From Candidatus Latescibacterota bacterium (GTDB taxonomy: Bacteria > Latescibacterota > UBA2968 > GCA-2709665), in NCBI GenBank assembly GCA_963667175.2, contig CAXXXF010000006.1, positions 1 through 64,000 of the forward strand: a stretch of 64,000 bases of DNA, written 5' to 3'. A program made the translations under genes and the position numbers. This document shows, piece by piece, positions 60,652 through 64,000 of this stretch. Under the pieces are notes generated by a model. That model was given only the letters and a program-made list of their open reading frames with translations. It was not told the DNA's origin and did not search any database. Numbering within the stretch: the first letter of the stretch is position 1; each line of letters begins with the position of its first letter.

Positions 60652-61149
60652 CGGTTTTTCCGCGAGCAGCCGATCGTAATCTCGAATACTGGCAACCAAC
60701 AGTCCATCAGTCGTCATCGTGCGCCTGATGCTTCGGAGAGCGAGAGTCAGGTCTTCGTCAGTCAGGAGATGAGGCAGTGAGTTATCGCAACTGATCACAA
60801 CGTCGAATTTGTGGGCGAAGGCACATTCCACCTCACGAACATCGGCAACGGCGAATTCAATCTTCAGCCCCCGGTCAGCTGCTTCCGATTTCGCCCTTGC
60901 AATCGCCTTCGGGCTTAGATCTGACGCGAAGACTTCGTATCCCTGCCGCGCCAGGCCAATTGCCTGAGTGCCGATTCCACAAGAACAGTCCAGGACAAGG
61001 GATGCATTTACTGACGATTCACGTTGAATCAACCTATCCAATACACACGACTGCCGCTCGATTGCCGATTCCCACTCTGCGTAAACGTGATGGTAATCAG
61101 CAGCCAGGTCATCGTAAAAACGTCTGACGTCTTCGCTCAACGTTGGCAA
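60373..61149 (-). CDS. Class I SAM-dependent methyltransferase
   Basis: VLDCSCGIGTQ and DNSLPHL motifs. Confidence 0.92.
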   Translation of the reverse strand: MPTLSEDVRRFYDDLAADYHHVYAEWESAIERQSCVLDRLIQRESSVNASLVLDCSCGIGTQAIGLARQGYEVFASDLSPKAIARAKSEAADRGLKIEFAVADVREVECAFAHKFDVVISCDNSLPHLLTDEDLTLALRSIRRTMTTDGLLVASIRDYDRLLAEKPSFEGANIQGASEREVITFQVWDWSKKSDTCLIRLFIMTRAPNGWQVRELRTRYRAIPRKEFTRALECAGFSKIAWHTPEQSGYFQPVVTAHA

Positions 61150-61466
61150 CTCCCTCGTGTGACAAGACCATGAAGCGAGAGGAACTCCTTGCGAAGGGAT
61201 GCCTCGGATTCCCGTAGTCGGAACCTGTCCGCATCGGTGACGGCGTCAAGGACAAATGGATGCAAGTCAAGATCAGAAACTTCGGGTACAGCTTCATTCC
61301 GATGAACACTTCCCCACACGTAGACTGAGGCAAGCCGTTCATCGAATACTTCGCAATACACCGAGACGTGGTCCACCACGGCATCTCTGAAGAAGCCATC
61401 CGCGATGGCGTCGAGATTGACAAACCTGTCGAGGTCTTTTACAGCCACGACACCTCCTTCGCGCAC
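61137..61466 (-). pseudogene. Nucleotidyltransferase domain, probably truncated
   Basis: SVYVWGSVHR..SDLDL; runs into next gene. Confidence 0.6.
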
Positions 61467-61508
61467 GGGTCGCTGTCGCGTTTCGGGCGTGACTGACTAT
61501 GCAGGCCG

Positions 61509-62117
61509 CTATTCCGACAGTAACCCTTGCCAGCGATGCCCTTCAGGATACAAGACTTCCAACCCGGCCGCCAACCATCTCTTTGCCTCGGCGGACATCA
61601 GCGGCAGGCACGTTTCAAAGTCCAGATCATCTTTCGAACGAGGATTCCTGGCTTTGTACAGCAGTTGAACCTCAATCCGTATGCAGGGAACATTTCTGTA
61701 TGCGACGATCAAGTCTCTTCGTAGCCCGCCAATCAGTCTGCTGCGTTTGCTGAACCACCTGTCGCCTTCGCTCTCAGTCAACATGATCTGAAGCTGCCAT
61801 GCCTGTATGCCGGTATGACCCCATATGTCATGTATCCCGTAAGGCAGGTACTCTGACTCCGCCCATGGTCGCAATGAGCCGGGTGGATCAGCCGCGTACA
61901 GATGCCAATCCGAGAGCCAGCGCTGTACCTCGAGTTGTTGATCCCGGTACACGATGACGTCAATATCACCGTGGTCCCGTACACGGGTTCCCACGAACTG
62001 CTCTACCGCATGGCCGCCGGCGAGTCCCCACATGAAAGGATCGTTGGCGAACAATTTCGTCAACTCCTTGACGGACAAGGGTTTCCATTGGCTGAAGGGA
62101 ATCTCAGGAGTGGTCAT
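61509..62117 (-). CDS. Nucleotidyltransferase (ANT(2'')/Lnu-like superfamily)
   Basis: LAGGHAVE, RDHGDID and LLYKA..RSKDDLDF. Confidence 0.85.
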   Translation of the reverse strand: MTTPEIPFSQWKPLSVKELTKLFANDPFMWGLAGGHAVEQFVGTRVRDHGDIDVIVYRDQQLEVQRWLSDWHLYAADPPGSLRPWAESEYLPYGIHDIWGHTGIQAWQLQIMLTESEGDRWFSKRSRLIGGLRRDLIVAYRNVPCIRIEVQLLYKARNPRSKDDLDFETCLPLMSAEAKRWLAAGLEVLYPEGHRWQGLLSE

Positions 62118-62147
62118 ACAGGTCGCATTCTGCGCTTAAACGATATC

Positions 62148-62233
62148 CGCTAACGGTCCGGCACCCACGAACCTGCGTAGGGAGGTTGGGCGCAGGTGCG
62201 TGTGCACAGGAGCTGTGGGTACTCGTGTTACGC
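62148..62233 (-). other. attC site (best preserved)
   Basis: Minus strand: R'' GCGTAAC (contains TAA stop)-ACGAG-L'' TACCCACA...L' GTGGGTG-CCGGACC-R' GTTAGCG, 30 bp before next ATG. Confidence 0.8.
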
Positions 62234-63271
62234 GAACGTGAATTCGCCGGATACGCAATCCGGCTCCGTCGAAACCACCTCGGACCATATGGATGCAGTT
62301 TGTTCGAATGACAACTTGAGCTGAGACTTGCGCAGATTCTCATTGAGCAGCCACGAACCGGTTTCACCAGTACGAGCTGCATACCACGTAAAGGCATACA
62401 GGACGTCGCGTTTGTCGTCGAGCTCCGTGATCTCCTCACCCACCGCCAGGCGGGATGGATACGATGTGATGTGCCGCTCCACAACATGGGCGGGAGCGTT
62501 CGCGTATCTTGTTTCTACGTCATCCGCCGTAAGAGAGAACAGACGAACGATGCGACTCGCAATGGCTTCTTCATGGTGTTCGCGAGCCAGCACGCAAAAG
62601 CGAGTGAAAGCCCTTCCAAAGGACCGGTCACCCTGTCCCCATCTCTCCATCAGGCATGGGATTACCAGACGCGCGAGTTCCTGTATAGATATCCCAGCCG
62701 CGATCAGACGACCTGCCTGCAGATGTGACGTTACTCGATGGGCGAGCCGGGTTGCACGTCTGACTCGCTCGATTTGGCGCGCCCGGACAACCGAAGGATC
62801 AAATCGACCATCGGAGAGCCGGACAACGAAAGCAGGAGTATCGCAATCCTCAGACGCGTGAACCGATTGACCGAGATGGCCCTTGTCAGTCGCATGGAAA
62901 ATCCTCTCATTGGCCATCAGCTCATCCAGGTTAAGCTTGCCGTTGATCAAGTCGTCTGCCTCGTCGGCTGTGAAATGAAGCCGACCCGCGTCAACAGAAG
63001 TCGGCCACGAGTCTCGGGCCCACTCCCTTGTGATGGATAACGCAAGCTCGTCCACTCGTTTTGGGAGACCGTTGTCCGCCTCCCTGGTCTTAATGTAGAT
63101 GAGGTCTACATCTGATAGGGGCCAGGCCGTTCCTCGCCCCACGCTACCCCCAACAATCACGCCCGAAACGCCAGGAACAGATGCGATCCGTTCGATGGCT
63201 TCAACGGTTCGCTCCCGAAGAATGAGTTCCCAGTTTTCCAGGTGCCCCTGGAAGAGATCCGCTCTGAACAA
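62228..63271 (-). CDS. Nucleotidyltransferase domain protein
   Basis: GGSVGRG...SDVDL. Confidence 0.82.
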   Translation of the reverse strand: MFRADLFQGHLENWELILRERTVEAIERIASVPGVSGVIVGGSVGRGTAWPLSDVDLIYIKTREADNGLPKRVDELALSITREWARDSWPTSVDAGRLHFTADEADDLINGKLNLDELMANERIFHATDKGHLGQSVHASEDCDTPAFVVRLSDGRFDPSVVRARQIERVRRATRLAHRVTSHLQAGRLIAAGISIQELARLVIPCLMERWGQGDRSFGRAFTRFCVLAREHHEEAIASRIVRLFSLTADDVETRYANAPAHVVERHITSYPSRLAVGEEITELDDKRDVLYAFTWYAARTGETGSWLLNENLRKSQLKLSFEQTASIWSEVVSTEPDCVSGEFTFA

Positions 63272-63285
63272 ATCGAACTCACTTT

Positions 63286-63359
63286 CGCAAACGTCCCCAC
63301 GGTGCCCGAACCGCGAAGCGGTTGCGCGGAGGGCTCAGCCGGGCACGGTCGTATTAGCC
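63286..63359 (-). other. attC-like site
   Basis: CGCAAAC..GTGCCCG-AACCGCGAAGCGGTT...CGGGCAC..TCGT-ATTAGCC. Confidence 0.68.
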
Positions 63360-63393
63360 GGGGTATGGAGCTGCGCGCAAGGCACAAGATTGC

Positions 63394-64000
63394 TCAGGCT
63401 GGGAGACGATCTACGAAAAATTGGGTCGCTCTCTCGAATACTTCGTCGCGATGCTTTGCCAACCCGTGTGTATCGTCGGGAAAAACGACCAGCGAGCAGT
63501 CTCCACCAAAATCGTTAATATGCCTTTCGACTTGCCGCATTTCGTCCGTAGTTGCTACAGAGTCAAGTCCACCATGGAAGAGTAGAGCCGGTCTCTTGAT
63601 CTTTTCGGCCTGCCACAGCACGGATCTCTCTTCCAATGCCTTCTCGCGCGCAATAGGGTTGGCCGGAAGGAATCTGTCATGGTGAAGCCGCAGGACTCGT
63701 AAACTCGTACAGGTGCAGGTCGATACCGCACCCAGGAATGGTGAGGAAGGATTCGCCAGGGCCAGAAGGCTGAGAAAGCCACCGTAGCTGTTGCCAAACA
63801 GCGCGATCCTTCTGCCCGATCCAAATTGCTGCTGCCAAAAAACCCCACAATCAACCACATCCTGAACGTCCGAAACTCCGCAAACACCTTCATTGGCTCT
63901 CGCCAGATCATCGCCAAAGCCGGTAGAGCCCCTGTAAGCGACACGCACGACCTCGAAACCCTTGCGAACAAGCCACAGCGCCCATGAGTCGTTTCTATCG
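63394..64000 (-). CDS. S9 prolyl oligopeptidase family, 5' part outside window
   Basis: YRGSTGFG, GNSYGG, HGGLD and DTHG motifs. Confidence 0.9.
   Translation of the reverse strand, partial: DRNDSWALWLVRKGFEVVRVAYRGSTGFGDDLARANEGVCGVSDVQDVVDCGVFWQQQFGSGRRIALFGNSYGGFLSLLALANPSSPFLGAVSTCTCTSLRVLRLHHDRFLPANPIAREKALEERSVLWQAEKIKRPALLFHGGLDSVATTDEMRQVERHINDFGGDCSLVVFPDDTHGLAKHRDEVFERATQFFVDRLPA

Larger units (their letters stand above)
257..64000 (-). mobile_element. Integron-type gene cassette array (CALIN or distal part of a chromosomal integron), eroded
   Basis: About 70 co-oriented unrelated ORFs, about 25 attC-like hairpins in spacers, multiple TA loci, no intI in window. Confidence 0.8.

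Noticed and set aside
1-64000. CRISPR array, tRNA/rRNA or integron integrase
   Set aside because: No regularly spaced identical repeats, no recognisable RNA genes, and no tyrosine recombinase motifs in any ORF

Overview
Bacterial DNA forming one continuous array of about 70 short, functionally unrelated genes: methyltransferases, GNATs, NUDIX hydrolases, phosphotransferases, metallophosphoesterases, ankyrins, sulfotransferases and several toxin-antitoxin loci. Every credible passenger gene is on the minus strand; only the IS3 transposase genes and a group II intron RT are on the plus strand. About 25 spacers contain attC-like imperfect hairpins (AAC...GTT core ends, several overlapping stop codons), and about 10 share a private internal motif (GCGAACC[T]GCGAAG..GTT). 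Most are point-mutated, halved, MITE-interrupted or missing. The best reading is a large, eroding integron gene-cassette array with no integrase in this window; intI/attI would be expected beyond 64000. Also present: an IS3 element, a group II intron sitting in a palindrome, five copies of a ~200-bp MITE, nested 27-33-bp micro-insertions, many truncated genes, and a ~1-kb diverged duplication with a 214-bp identical core that brackets a candidate defence block. All hairpin and identity assessments were made by eye.
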